64,000 nt of DNA, taken from positions 1,696,001-1,760,000 of the forward strand of contig CAWEMM010000006.1 in assembly GCA_963810095.1 (NCBI GenBank), in the 5' to 3' direction. The position numbers and the translations under genes are program-made. Below, in pieces: positions 43,676 to 54,030 of the stretch (the stretch's first letter is position 1; every line of letters starts with the position of its first letter). This DNA is from an uncultured Chloroflexia bacterium. Lineage in GTDB: Bacteria; Chloroflexota; Anaerolineae; CG2-30-64-16. The notes under the pieces were generated by a model. The model saw only the letters and a list, made by a program, of their open reading frames with translations. It ran no database searches and had not been told where the DNA came from.

Positions 43676-43677
43676 CC

Positions 43678-44497
43678 GTGGCCCGCGTCTATGCCTTTGC
43701 GAACCAGAAGGGCGGCGTCGGCAAGACCACGACCGCGGTCAACCTGAGCGCGTGCCTGGCGCAGGCGGGCTGCCGTATCCTGCTGGTGGACGCTGACCCC
43801 CAGGCGAACGCGACCAGCAGCCTGGGCGCCGAGCCGAACGGGCTTCACACCTCGCTGTACGATGTTTTGATCCGGCGACACGCGGCCTCCGATAACATCA
43901 TCCCTACCACGCACGAAGGACTGGACCTTCTGCCAAGCGCGCCTGCGCTGGCCGGGGCGGAGGTCGAGATGGTTTCGGTGCTCGCGCCGCGAATATCTGC
44001 TGCGGCGCGCACTCGAACCGGTCCTCGGGCGCTACACGCACGTGCTGATCGACTGCCCGCCAAGCCTGGGGCTGCTGACGGTGAATGCGCTATCGGCCGC
44101 TGCGGACGGGGTAATGGTGCCCATCCAGTGCGAGTACCTGGCGCTCGAAGGACTGGGCCGGTTGTGGCACACGGTTCAGATGGTGCGTGAGAACCTGAAT
44201 CCGCAGCTCTTTATCACGGGCATGATCCTGACGATGTACGATCCGCGGACGAATCTCTCGGACCAGGTGGTGGGCGAGGTCCGCAACCACTTTCCCGATC
44301 AGACATTCCGGACGGTCATTCCGCGCAGCGTGCGGCTGAGCGAGGCGCCCAGCTACGGCAAGACGATCCTGCAGTATGCACCGCAGTCGGCCGGCGCGCG
44401 TGCGTACGCGGCCCTGGCGGCGGAGTTGCTCGATCGCGAGGGTGGCGTGCTGCCCGTGTCCGAGGGCGCGGCCCTGCCGGCGGGCCGAGCGGGCTAG
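43678..44497 (+). CDS. parA: Chromosome partitioning ATPase ParA/Soj (frameshift near 43987)
   Basis: NQKGGVGKTTT, DADPQANAT; removing one base restores VLAREYLLRRAL..IDCPPSLG, PIQCEYLALEG, RLSEAPSYG. Confidence 0.93.
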
Positions 44498-44502
44498 AAG
44501 GG

Positions 44503-45399
44503 ATGAGTGCCATGAGCGCACAATCACGCGGACTGGGCAAGGGCCTCGGCGCATTGATCCCGACGGGCGGCCCGGAAACTGGACCGGCGGCAGACAGCGG
44601 GTTCCTGACTGTGCCCGTGGCGGACATTGTCCCAAATCCGCGGCAGCCGCGCACGCGCATGGATCCCGAGTCGCTGGCCGAGTTGGCCGAGTCGATCAAG
44701 GAGCACGGGCTGATCCAGCCGCTGATCGTCACTCGAGCCGGCCCGTCGTCTCGTGCCCCCTATCAGTTGATCGCCGGCGAACGGCGCTGGCGGGCCGCCC
44801 AGATTGCGGGCCTGCAGACCGTGCCGGTCCTACTCAAGGAGGCCACTCCCCAGCAGTTCCTCGAGTTGGCCCTGGTGGAGAACATCCAGCGCGCCGATTT
44901 GAACCCCCTGGAAGAAGCGGAAGCCTATCAGGCGCTGATGAGCGATTTCACGCTCAACCAGCAGCAGGTGGCCGACCGAGTGGGGAAGAGCCGGGTGGCG
45001 GTGGCCAACACGCTGCGCCTGCTGCGACTCCCCGAACGGGTGAAGGGGCTGCTGGCGAGCGGGGAACTGACCGAGGGCCATGCCAGGGCGCTTTTGGGCC
45101 TGTCTGACGACGAAGCCATCCTGCAGGCTGCCGGGGTGGTGGTGAGCCGCGGGCTGAGCGTGCGCCAGACCGAAGAGCTCGTGCGCCGGCTGGCCGAGGC
45201 CAAGCCGCAGGACGAAGCGGCCGAGGGTGAGGGGGATGACCCTGACCGTGCCTATACCGATCGTCTCGAGCAGGCGTTCCGAGGCGCGCTGGGCACAAAG
45301 GTCGCGCTGACGCGCGGGCGCAAGGGCGGGCGGTTGGTGATCTCGTTCTACTCGGACGAGGAACTCCAAAGCATTTACGAGCAGATCGTGGGCGAATAA
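44503..45399 (+). CDS. parB: ParB/Spo0J
   Basis: GLGKGLGALI, PNPRQPR, IAGERRWRA, ENIQRADLNPLEEA, HTH. Confidence 0.96.
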   Translation: MSAMSAQSRGLGKGLGALIPTGGPETGPAADSGFLTVPVADIVPNPRQPRTRMDPESLAELAESIKEHGLIQPLIVTRAGPSSRAPYQLIAGERRWRAAQIAGLQTVPVLLKEATPQQFLELALVENIQRADLNPLEEAEAYQALMSDFTLNQQQVADRVGKSRVAVANTLRLLRLPERVKGLLASGELTEGHARALLGLSDDEAILQAAGVVVSRGLSVRQTEELVRRLAEAKPQDEAAEGEGDDPDRAYTDRLEQAFRGALGTKVALTRGRKGGRLVISFYSDEELQSIYEQIVGE

Positions 45400-45412
45400 A
45401 CGCTTGCGATCG

Positions 45413-45445
45413 AGAAACCGGGTTTCCGCCAGAAACCCGGTTTCT
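45413..45445. repeat. REP-like palindrome
   Basis: AGAAACCGGGTTTC-CGCCA-GAAACCCGGTTTCT. Confidence 0.75.
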
Positions 45446-45466
45446 TTATAGTTTGATGAGGAAGCA

Positions 45467-47102
45467 ATGCAACTTTACGCTGACGTACTGTTCACCGGGG
45501 GCCGGGCCTACACAGCCGACCCAGCAAGGCCCCCGTTGGGCCGAGGCGGTCGCCGTTCGTGACGGGCGCATCCTGGCCCTTGGCCGGGCCGCCGAGCTGG
45601 CCGAGCTGCGCGGGCCGAAGACCGAGGTCGTGGACCTGGCGGGCCGGGTGCTGCTGCCCGGCTTCACCGAAAGCCATCTTCATTTCATCGAGCTGGCCCT
45701 GCGCGCGTCGCAGGTAGATGTGACCTATGCACCTTCGGCTGCGGCCGCGGTCGCCGCCGTCGCAGACCGGGCCCGCACCATGCGTGGTGCAGGGGCGGGC
45801 GAGAATACCTGGCTGCGCGGGGGCGGCTGGAACGAAAACATCTGGACAGATGCGAAGCCCCATCGCCGTTTGCTGGACGAGGTCGCGCCCGAGATTCCCG
45901 TGGCCCTGGACAGCAAGGAATTGCACGCCGTTTGGGCGAACAGCGCCGCGCTGCGCCGGGCGGGCATCACCCGAGACACGATGGACGTGGCGGGAGGCGT
46001 GATCGAGCGAGATGCGGACGGGGAACCTACGGGCGTGCTGCGTGAGAACGCCTGGGACCTCTTGACCCGCGTCGTCCCCCAGCCCGGCCTGGCAGAAACC
46101 ACGGCCGCGGTCCGGGCAGCCATCCCCGACCTCTGGCGCACGGGCATCGTGGCCTTTCACAACGCCAACGACACGTGCGACGGCCTCGCCTTCCGCACTT
46201 ACCAGGAGCTGAAGCGCCGCGGGGAACTGGGCGTGCGGGTGCTGCAGCAAATCCCTGTGTGCAACCTCGAGCACGCGGCTGCACTGGGCTTGCGCAGCGG
46301 GCTGGGCGACGCGTATCTGCGGGTCGGCGGGATCAAGATGTTCGCCGACGGTGCGTTGGGCAGCCGGACGGCCAGTATGCTGCAGCCCTACGAAGGCGCG
46401 TCGCAGGGAGACGGCGCGGCCCAGTGGGGCGTAGTGGCCATGGACCCGGAGGAGATGCTCGAGGCCGCGCTGCAGGCGGGCCGGGCCGGGCTCGGCCTCA
46501 CCATCCATGCGATTGGCGATCGAGCAAACCGCGACGTGCTAAATATCCTGGCCGAAGTGCGGGCGCAAGAGGCCGGGTTGCACCTGCGCCATCGCATCGA
46601 GCACGTGCAGTGCATCGACGACGAGGATTTGCCCCGGCTGGCGCAGCTCGACGTCCTCGCCTCGGTGCAGCCGATCCATGCGACGTCGGACATGCTCATC
46701 GTGGACAAGTACTGGGGTCCCCGCCGCGCGCCTGGCGCCTACGCGTTCCGCCGCCTGCTCGACTCGGGCGCGCGCCTGGTTTTCGGATCGGACGGTCCCA
46801 TCGAGCCCCATGATCCGCTGATCGGCATTCACGCCGCGGTCACCCGCCGGCGGGCGGATGGCACGCCGGGGCCCGACGGATGGCAGGGTCAGGAACGAAT
46901 CACGGTGGCAGAAGCGGTCGATGCATACACCTACTGGCCGGCCTACGCCGCGGGCGAGGAGAGCTACCGTGGCAGTATCACGCCGGGGAAGGTGGCCGAC
47001 CTGGTTGTGCTGGCCCAGGACATCTTCCAGATCGATCCGATGCAGATCTGTGACGTACGGGTGGACATGACGGTGATTGACGGGAAGGCAGTATCAGAAT
47101 AG
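45467..47102 (+). CDS. Amidohydrolase 3 (YtcJ-like); frameshift in the C-run near 45530
   Basis: MQLYADVLFTGGRAYTADPARP joins WAEAVAVRDGRI; PGFTESHLH, KMFADGALGSRTA, HAIGD, RHRIEH, FGSD. Confidence 0.88.
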
Positions 47103-47191
47103 GACGCAGATTGAACTGATTGGACTGATTCGCATGATCTTTCGAACGAAATCAGGAAGATCAGTCCGATCGCTTGAATCTGCGTCCTATT
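47098..47191. repeat. 94-bp palindromic intergenic element between convergent genes
   Basis: Perfect 15-bp inverted repeats AATAGGACGCAGATT / AATCTGCGTCCTATT plus an inner stem. Confidence 0.8.
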
Positions 47192-47197
47192 ATCAAT

Positions 47198-49132
47198 TCA
47201 CCTCAGCACGCGCTCGTCGCCCACGCGTTTGGTGATCTTTAGCTCGTCCAGGCGCTCCATGAGGGCGAGCGTGTACTTGCGGCTGGTGCCGAACTCGTCA
47301 CGCACCTGGGCCACGGTCATGCTACCGTGGGCCCGGATGGTCTCCGTGATCCCCTTGACCATCGCATCATAAGTCTCGCGCAGCAGCAGCACGTCTTCGC
47401 TCAACCGGACGAGGACACCCTGATGCATCAGCGCGCTTAGCAACTCCCCGTCGGTCATGGCCAGGCTCTCGGCCATGGAGGGGGGCGTGGCGGGCTGCTT
47501 GCGAAAGGCCGCCAGCAGGTTGTTGACCTTCGCCTGTTGCGCGGGTGTGAACGTAATCTGGTGGTCTGGCCGTGCGAGGAAGTCGCCCCTCTCGACGAGG
47601 TAGCTCTCCGCGAGTGCACGGGTGACCAACTCATTGAAGAGCTTCGCAGGCCACTTCTCGCGGCCTTGCACCCGGCCCTTGAGTTCCTCGCGGCCCATGC
47701 CGGGACGTAAGGGAAACTGGGTGTGGTATTCGGCGAGCACGTCGGCCATGCGGGCAGCCAGCGAACGCCAGCCGCCGAGGGAAATAACCGGCGCCTGGCT
47801 GCGTGCAAAGGGCGCTTGGAGTGCGCCGAGCGGGATTAGCTCGCCGCTCGCCAGCATGGCGGCCGCGACTTGCTCGCCGGTTGCTGCGTCGAGGCCCGAC
47901 GCGTCGACGGCGGCCTTGAGCGGACCGGGCTCGACGCGCGCGAGCGCATGCAGGAGGAGGTCTTCGGGCGTGCCACGGGCGAGCGTTTCGAGCTGCTCGA
48001 TGATGTCGGGCTGGAAGCGGCGCCAGCGTCGTGCGGGGTGAGGGTTCACGACGATCCCGCCGCCGACGGTCAGGCTGGGCGAGGGCTGGCGCACAATAAA
48101 GCGGTCGCCCGGTGCCAGGGTCACGGGCGCCTCGAGAACGAGCTGAGCCCAGCCGCTCTGCCCGGACGTCAGTTTTTCGGCGTCCAGCAGCCGGACGCGT
48201 GCCGGCACCTCCGCCGCGCCGCTGAAGAAATCGACCCGGTCGCTGTGCTCGAGATCTGCTTGCCAGCCCCCCACCCGTACGAGGCGCATCTGGACGTCGA
48301 CCAGCGCGGTCGATCGCAGCGCGCCGGGACGGGCTACCACCATGCCACGCCGCAGGTCGTCGGGATGGACGCCGGTGAGGTTGATGGCGAGCCGGCTGCC
48401 GGGAAGGCCGATATCGACGGCACGCTTGTGCGTCTGCATCCCGCGTACCCGGGCGCGCAAGCCCGCGGGCAGGATTTCGACCTCATCTCCTACCCGGAAC
48501 TGTCCATCGCTCAGTGTGCCGGTGACGACGGTGCCGAAGCCGGCAATGGTGAAGATGCGGTCGATGGGGAGGCGCGGCGCGCCCTTGTCGCGGCGGGGAG
48601 GCACGGTGGCGAGTGCGTCGGCCAGGGCCTGTTTCAGCCGGGCAAGGCCGCTGCCGGTGCGGGCAGAGACGGGGATAATCGGGGCATGGCCCAGCTGCGT
48701 GCCCTGCAGGGCCCCGGCCACATCCGCTTCGATCAGCTCGAGCCAACCCTCCTCGGTCACCGCGTCGGTCTTCGTCAGTGCGACGACGCCGGCCGGCACC
48801 TGGAGCAGATCGAGAATCGCGAGATGCTCGCGGGTTTGGGGCATGACGCCCTCGTCGGCCGCCACGACAAAGAGGGTGGCATCGATGCCGCCGACGCCGG
48901 CCAGCATGTTCTTGATGAAGTCGATGTGGCCGGGTACGTCGATGACGCCGACCATGTCGCCGCTCGTCTCGGCGCCCGCGGCCGGCGGCAGCGCCAGCCA
49001 CGCGAAGCCGAGGTCGATGGTCATCTCCCGTTCTTTTTCCTCACGCAGCCGGTCCGGATCGATGCCGGTGAGGGCGAGAACGAGGGTAGACTTGCCGTGA
49101 TCGACGTGCCCGGCCGTGCCGATAACCCGCAT
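47198..49132 (-). CDS. selB: Selenocysteine-specific elongation factor
   Basis: GTAGHVDHGKS, DRLREEKEREMTIDLGFA, DVPGH, C-terminal winged-helix TSRKY. Confidence 0.96.
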   Translation of the reverse strand: MRVIGTAGHVDHGKSTLVLALTGIDPDRLREEKEREMTIDLGFAWLALPPAAGAETSGDMVGVIDVPGHIDFIKNMLAGVGGIDATLFVVAADEGVMPQTREHLAILDLLQVPAGVVALTKTDAVTEEGWLELIEADVAGALQGTQLGHAPIIPVSARTGSGLARLKQALADALATVPPRRDKGAPRLPIDRIFTIAGFGTVVTGTLSDGQFRVGDEVEILPAGLRARVRGMQTHKRAVDIGLPGSRLAINLTGVHPDDLRRGMVVARPGALRSTALVDVQMRLVRVGGWQADLEHSDRVDFFSGAAEVPARVRLLDAEKLTSGQSGWAQLVLEAPVTLAPGDRFIVRQPSPSLTVGGGIVVNPHPARRWRRFQPDIIEQLETLARGTPEDLLLHALARVEPGPLKAAVDASGLDAATGEQVAAAMLASGELIPLGALQAPFARSQAPVISLGGWRSLAARMADVLAEYHTQFPLRPGMGREELKGRVQGREKWPAKLFNELVTRALAESYLVERGDFLARPDHQITFTPAQQAKVNNLLAAFRKQPATPPSMAESLAMTDGELLSALMHQGVLVRLSEDVLLLRETYDAMVKGITETIRAHGSMTVAQVRDEFGTSRKYTLALMERLDELKITKRVGDERVLR

Positions 49133-49139
49133 CCCGGCC

Positions 49140-50330
49140 TCAGGCTTCCGGCTTAGGCCGCGCTCCGAGCGCTGCGCCGACCGCGTCCACCAGCCGTTGT
49201 GAGCTCTGGATTTGAGCCGCGCCTAACGCTTCGTGCAGCCGCCAGACCGCTTCGAGGTCGCGCTGCAGGATGGCTAACTGCTTTTCCATCGGCGGGAACC
49301 GCTCGGCAAGCTTCTGGTTGACCTTGGACTGCTCCTGGATCGAGTAATCCCAGCGCAGGCTCTCTTTCTTCCAGCGCTGCTCGTTTTCTGCCTGCCAATC
49401 CGCGAGCTCTTTGCGCTGCCGCTCTTCGGCCAGGCGTTGAAGCTCCGACACCTGCCTCTGATCGCGGAGCAGGGAGGCCTGGAACTCTTCGATCGCCTTG
49501 AGCGACCGGCCCGCCTGTTCGTACCGCGCTTCGAACTCGCGCAAGCGCACGATCTGCTTCTCGACGAGGGTCTTTTGCTCCTGGATCGCCTGTTCCCAGA
49601 GGCCCATCTGCCTGTCGCGCTCGACGTCGGAGAGCTTCTGACTCTCGATGAAGGTCTTTTGGTCCTGGTAGAGCTGCTCGGGGATGGGCTGGATCTTCTG
49701 CAGGTCCTTCTCGAGACGCTGCAGCCGTTCTTCGCTCACCGTTACTCGGGCCGAGGTTGCATCGGTCCGCTTGAGCAACTCCGTATTTTCACCCTGAAGC
49801 TGCGCGATGCGCTTGTTGTCCGCCGCGCGCTGCTCGATCATGTACGGCAGGCTGCGGGTCCGCTCGTCGAGATCTTTCGTGATGTTGTTGACGGCGACGC
49901 GCTGCGCCAGCGCCATCTCGCCCAGCCGTTGATCCTCGGCCTGGCGCGTCACAAGCTCTTCCTCAATCCGGCCCAGGCGCGTCAGTTCTTTGCGCACCTC
50001 TGCGATCCCGCGGCCCAGGGCTTCGCGGTCGGTGATGCGGGCGCGTTCGGCGTCGCGCTCGGCATTCAGGCGGGCTTCGGTCTGCTTGTCGAGCAGCACC
50101 ACCACTTCTCCCTTGAGCTGCTGCAGCGCCTGTTCGAGTTGGGTGAAGCGCGTGAGCTGCGCGTGGGTGCTGGCGAGGCGGCTTTCCAGGTCCTGGATGC
50201 GCCGCGATTGTTCCTGCTTCTCGATGGCCATGTTTTGCAGACGTTGATCCAGCCGCGCAAGCTCTTCGCGATCGCGGCGGTGCTCTTCGTCCAGCCAGGT
50301 CACCATTTGGCTTAGTTGCGTGAGGTCCAT
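49140..50330 (-). CDS. Long coiled-coil protein of unknown function
   Basis: 396 aa of nearly continuous E/Q/R/L heptads; 8-13 bp from its neighbours. Confidence 0.8.
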   Translation of the reverse strand: MDLTQLSQMVTWLDEEHRRDREELARLDQRLQNMAIEKQEQSRRIQDLESRLASTHAQLTRFTQLEQALQQLKGEVVVLLDKQTEARLNAERDAERARITDREALGRGIAEVRKELTRLGRIEEELVTRQAEDQRLGEMALAQRVAVNNITKDLDERTRSLPYMIEQRAADNKRIAQLQGENTELLKRTDATSARVTVSEERLQRLEKDLQKIQPIPEQLYQDQKTFIESQKLSDVERDRQMGLWEQAIQEQKTLVEKQIVRLREFEARYEQAGRSLKAIEEFQASLLRDQRQVSELQRLAEERQRKELADWQAENEQRWKKESLRWDYSIQEQSKVNQKLAERFPPMEKQLAILQRDLEAVWRLHEALGAAQIQSSQRLVDAVGAALGARPKPEA

Positions 50331-50342
50331 GGGGAGATTCCC

Positions 50343-50999
50343 TTAATCGTTAAGGTCAACAACCGCGTTCGTCGCCAGAAAGATGACGCGTTCGCCGATG
50401 TTGGTGGTGCGGTCTGCGAAGCGCTCCAGGTTGTGCGCCACCCAGAGCAGGTACGTCGCGCGGGTGATCGTGCGCGGGTCGGTCATCATGAAGACCAGGA
50501 GCTCGCGGAAAACCTGGTCGTTCAGCTGGTCGACCTCGTTGTCCCGGAGGGCCAGGGTGCGTGCAGCTTCGGGGTCGACGCGAATGAAGGCGTCAATCTG
50601 GCCCATCAGAAGCTCGCGCCCGATTTCGGCCATGCGCGGCACGTCGATGAGGGGCTTCAGGAGGGGCTGGTCGGCCAGCCGTTGTGCCAGGACGGCTATG
50701 CCCTTGGCATGATCCGCCATGCGCTCGAGCTCCGAAGCAATCATCGACATGGCGAAGATCATCCGGAGGTCTCGTGCCACGGGTTGCTGGCTTGCGATAA
50801 GCGTCAGGCAAGCCTCTTCGATGTCCCGCTGGGCGTGATTGACCTGCTGGTCGCGTGCGACGAGCTCTTTGGCGAGCGGTTCGTCGTGCTCGGCCAACGC
50901 CTTCACGGCTTGTTCCTGCAGCTTATTAACCATGGTGGCCAGGTTGACGAGCTTCTCTTGAACCTCGAGCAGTTGCAGATCGAATTTCTGGCGAGTCAC
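50343..50999 (-). CDS. phoU: Phosphate signalling protein PhoU
   Basis: QQPVARDLR, ELERMADHA, NLERFADRTTNIGE. Confidence 0.95.
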   Translation of the reverse strand: MTRQKFDLQLLEVQEKLVNLATMVNKLQEQAVKALAEHDEPLAKELVARDQQVNHAQRDIEEACLTLIASQQPVARDLRMIFAMSMIASELERMADHAKGIAVLAQRLADQPLLKPLIDVPRMAEIGRELLMGQIDAFIRVDPEAARTLALRDNEVDQLNDQVFRELLVFMMTDPRTITRATYLLWVAHNLERFADRTTNIGERVIFLATNAVVDLND

Positions 51000-51181
51000 G
51001 TCTTGGCTCCTTCACGCGCCCGAGCTGGGGACAGGGCGCATTATAGCATCCTTTGGTCGCGACGTGAAGTCATGCTAAGATATTCGGACCACAGTGGTAT
51101 TCCCGCTCGTCCGCCTGCCAGGCACAGCGGAGCAGGTGGCCGAGAGCGCAAAGGGAATGAGTAATCGAAGGGGTGAGTTGA

Positions 51182-51837
51182 ATGAGACCGACACTGGCCG
51201 TAATCCACGTCGATATTGCCGCAGGTGAGGACGAACTCGCGCGTGCGAGCGGCTGTTTGAGAGCCTGGCCGCGCACCATAACCCGTGCCTGACCGTGCTG
51301 TGGGTGAACTGGCTGCGCGAGCGGGCGGACCTGCGAGTGGTTTGCCTCATCGAAGACCTGGAGCTGTTCGACGATTTCCTGGTCAAGGTGATTCGTACGG
51401 CGCCGGGCGTGCGGGGCACGACTGCCCAGCTGGCCTTCGACGGCGTGGTGCGCAGCGAAGCCTTGATGGACCTGTCCATGCTAAACAGCGGGTGGGATCG
51501 CCGGGCTGCCGCCACGGTGCAGGTCAAGCTGCAGCCGGGCCGCGACGACGAGGCTTACGACGCGCTTTGCCGCCTGCCGGCCCATGAAATGGTCGACGTC
51601 GTCTGGGTGTTGAAGGTGTTTCATTCCCACGATGCCGATCTGCAGCTGCTGCTATTGAGCGAACGCACTGCGGCCCTCACCGGGTATGTCATGAGCTGGA
51701 TCCGGACGGTGCCCGGCGTGCTGGACACCAACCTGACCACTGTTCTGGACTGGCGGATTTTGGGCCAGACAGAAGCGTTCGTGAGCGTGTGCGAACGATT
51801 CCCCGAACCAGCGCCGGTCGCGGCGGCAGGAGACTGA
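51182..51837 (+). CDS. Tandem Lrp/AsnC ligand-binding-like domain protein without HTH (frameshift near 51240)
   Basis: MRPTLAVIHVDIAAGEDELA joins CERLFESL..; two repeats ending IRTAPGVRGT and IRTVPGVLDT. Confidence 0.65.
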
Positions 51838-51838
51838 G

Positions 51839-52120
51839 ATGTTGGCGATTACGTGTGACAAGTGCCGGCGCCGCTACACGGCTACGGATGAGGAACTGCG
51901 GGTCTACCTGCACGAAGCGGAGGGCAAGAAGTTCGCCCAGGTGCTCTGCCCCCACTGCGGCAAGGCCAACAAGGTGGCGGCCGACCGCATGCACCAAGCC
52001 TTGCGCTTCGCACCCGCTCCCGCCGAAGCTCCCGCGGCCGCGGCCCCTGTGGCAGACGCGCCGGCCGCTGAAACCCACGAGCCTGAAGGCCCGACCGAGG
52101 AAGTGAATCCCCCGGCATGA
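51839..52120 (+). CDS. Small zinc-ribbon protein
   Basis: CDKC..CPHC, Ala/Pro/Glu tail, RBS AGGAG. Confidence 0.75.
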   Translation: MLAITCDKCRRRYTATDEELRVYLHEAEGKKFAQVLCPHCGKANKVAADRMHQALRFAPAPAEAPAAAAPVADAPAAETHEPEGPTEEVNPPA

Positions 52121-53226
52121 GCGCGCCGTTGCCCGGTCGCGGCCGCCGGGTGGCATTGGTCCATGATTGGCTGAACCAGGTTGGCGGCGCCGAGTACGTA
52201 CTCGAAGTGTTGGTGCGCCTGTTTCCGGGCGCACCGGTCTTCACCAGTATGTACGCACCCGAGCGGATGCCTGCCACCTATCGCGGCTGGGATATTCGCA
52301 CCAGCTTCATGCAGCACCTGCCCGGCGTCACGCGAAAACACCAGGCCTACATGCCGGTCTATCCCCTCGCATTCGAGCGGGTGGACCTGGCCGGGTATGA
52401 TTTGGTTTTGAGCAACAAGAGCGGGTTCTGCCACGGCGTGCGCGTCCCGCCGTCTGCGCAGCATATCTGTTACTGCCTCGCGCCGACCCGCTTTCTTTGG
52501 CAATATCAAGCTTATGCGGCACGGGAGACGTTGGGGCAGAGCGTCGACCTGGTCCTGCGTCCGCTGCTCGGTCCGCTGCGCCGTTGGGACTACGCAGCCG
52601 CCCAGCGTGTCGATCATTTCGTCGCCATTTCCCGGGAGATCCAGGAGCGCATCCGGCGCTTCTACGGGCGTGAGAGCACCGTGATCTATCCGCCAGTGGA
52701 CATCCAACGCTTCAGTCCCAGCGCAGAAGGACCGGACGACTACTTCCTGGCCGGCGGCAGGTTGATCCCCTACAAGCGGACGGACCTGGCCGTACGGGCG
52801 TGTTCGGAGTTGGGATTGCGGCTGCTGGTGTTCGGGGATGGCCGGGACCGAGCGGCGCTCGAGCAGATGGCGGGGCCGAGCGTGACGTTCCTCGGGCGCG
52901 TGCCCTCCGCCGACCTGGCCCGCCTTTACGCTCGGGCGCGGGCATTCATCTTTCCGGGCCTCGAGGATTTCGGCATTGCACCGCTCGAAGCCCAGGCGGC
53001 GGGCCGGCCGGTGATCGCGTTCGCCGGCGGTGGCGCGCTGGAGACGGTGATCCCCGGGCGCACGGGCGAATTCTTCGGGCAACAGACGGTCGAGTCGCTG
53101 AAGAAGGCGCTGGCAGACTTCGATCCCGCCGCGTACGACCCGCAAGCGTGCCGGGCGAATGCCGAGCAGTTTCGCGAAGAGCGGTTCGTCGAAGAGCTTC
53201 GGTGTTTCATCGAGAAGGTGCAGTAG
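52117..53226 (+). CDS. Family 4 glycosyltransferase (WbaZ-like)
   Basis: VALVHDWLNQVGGAE, VIYPPVD, RLIPYKR, EDFGIAPLEAQA. Confidence 0.92.
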   Translation: MSAPLPGRGRRVALVHDWLNQVGGAEYVLEVLVRLFPGAPVFTSMYAPERMPATYRGWDIRTSFMQHLPGVTRKHQAYMPVYPLAFERVDLAGYDLVLSNKSGFCHGVRVPPSAQHICYCLAPTRFLWQYQAYAARETLGQSVDLVLRPLLGPLRRWDYAAAQRVDHFVAISREIQERIRRFYGRESTVIYPPVDIQRFSPSAEGPDDYFLAGGRLIPYKRTDLAVRACSELGLRLLVFGDGRDRAALEQMAGPSVTFLGRVPSADLARLYARARAFIFPGLEDFGIAPLEAQAAGRPVIAFAGGGALETVIPGRTGEFFGQQTVESLKKALADFDPAAYDPQACRANAEQFREERFVEELRCFIEKVQ

Positions 53227-53235
53227 GAACCCTGT

Positions 53236-53928
53236 ATGGAGCTAAGAGCATATTGGAGGATCGTGGCGCGGCGTTGGTGGCTGCCGGTCGGCCTAGCGCT
53301 GCTGGTCGGCGCGCTGACCCTGTTGATGCAGCGCCCCTGGCAGACACCGCCGGCAAGCTACACGGCGAGCATGCGTTTCAACGTGGGCATCAAGCCCGAA
53401 CGCGTCCCCGGCGTGTATACCTACGATCGCTACTACACGATGCTTACGTCAGAGTACCTGGTGGACGACCTCGGTGAGATCGTGCGCAGCCAGGCCTTTG
53501 CCGCGGAGGTAAGCAGGCGGCTCGCGGACCAGGGTATTGTAATTCCGGCGGGTGCAATCGGGGCCAGTACGCAGCCCGGAAAGCTGCACCGGATCATGAC
53601 CGTCAACGTGGGCTGGCCGAACCAGGAGCAGATTGGCGCGATCGCTAACGCTATTGCGGCCACCTTGACCGAAAGCTCGGCGGATTTCTTCAGCCAGTTC
53701 AGCGCGGACGAGGCCGACATTCGCCTGATCGACCCGCCGGTCGTGGGCACGGCCGGCCGGCCGGCGCGCGACCAGCTTGACCTACCCTTGCGGATGCTGC
53801 TGGCCTTTGCCGCAGGAATTGCCCTCGCGTTCCTGCTCGATTATCTGGACCGGTCGGTGCGCGGCCGGGATGATCTCGAAGCGCTCGGCTTGCCAGTCCT
53901 GACGGAGATTCCGCGGGGCCGGCGGTAG
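53236..53928 (+). CDS. Wzz/CapA-like chain-length determinant
   Basis: MELRAYWRIVARRWWL, two TM segments, FLLDYLD..LGLPVLTEIP. Confidence 0.82.
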   Translation: MELRAYWRIVARRWWLPVGLALLVGALTLLMQRPWQTPPASYTASMRFNVGIKPERVPGVYTYDRYYTMLTSEYLVDDLGEIVRSQAFAAEVSRRLADQGIVIPAGAIGASTQPGKLHRIMTVNVGWPNQEQIGAIANAIAATLTESSADFFSQFSADEADIRLIDPPVVGTAGRPARDQLDLPLRMLLAFAAGIALAFLLDYLDRSVRGRDDLEALGLPVLTEIPRGRR

Positions 53929-53947
53929 ACCTCCTTAACTGATCTGA

Positions 53948-53980
53948 AATGGGACGCTGATGCAACTGATTGAACTGATC
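53948..53980. repeat. Degenerate half copy of the 47098 element
   Basis: AATGGGACGCTGATGCAACTGATTGAACTGATC matches 47098-47130 at 27 of 33 positions. Confidence 0.7.
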
Positions 53981-54030
53981 TGCACTGTCCTTTGGGTCAA
54001 GATCTGAAGGACCCCGAAGGTCTTGCCCCG

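Noticed and set aside
43678-44497. True pseudogenes or programmed frameshifting in parA, glnA and psuG
   Set aside because: No other decay or slippery-site structure; indels are scattered across unrelated genes, so assembly error is more likely.
45413-45445. parS site after parB
   Set aside because: Does not match TGTTTCACGTGAAACA; the arms are in the opposite arrangement.
51182-51292. Selenocysteine read-through of the TGA at 51290, given nearby selB
   Set aside because: Another TGA follows five codons later, and a frameshift near 51240 explains the gene better. No convincing selenoprotein was seen in the window.
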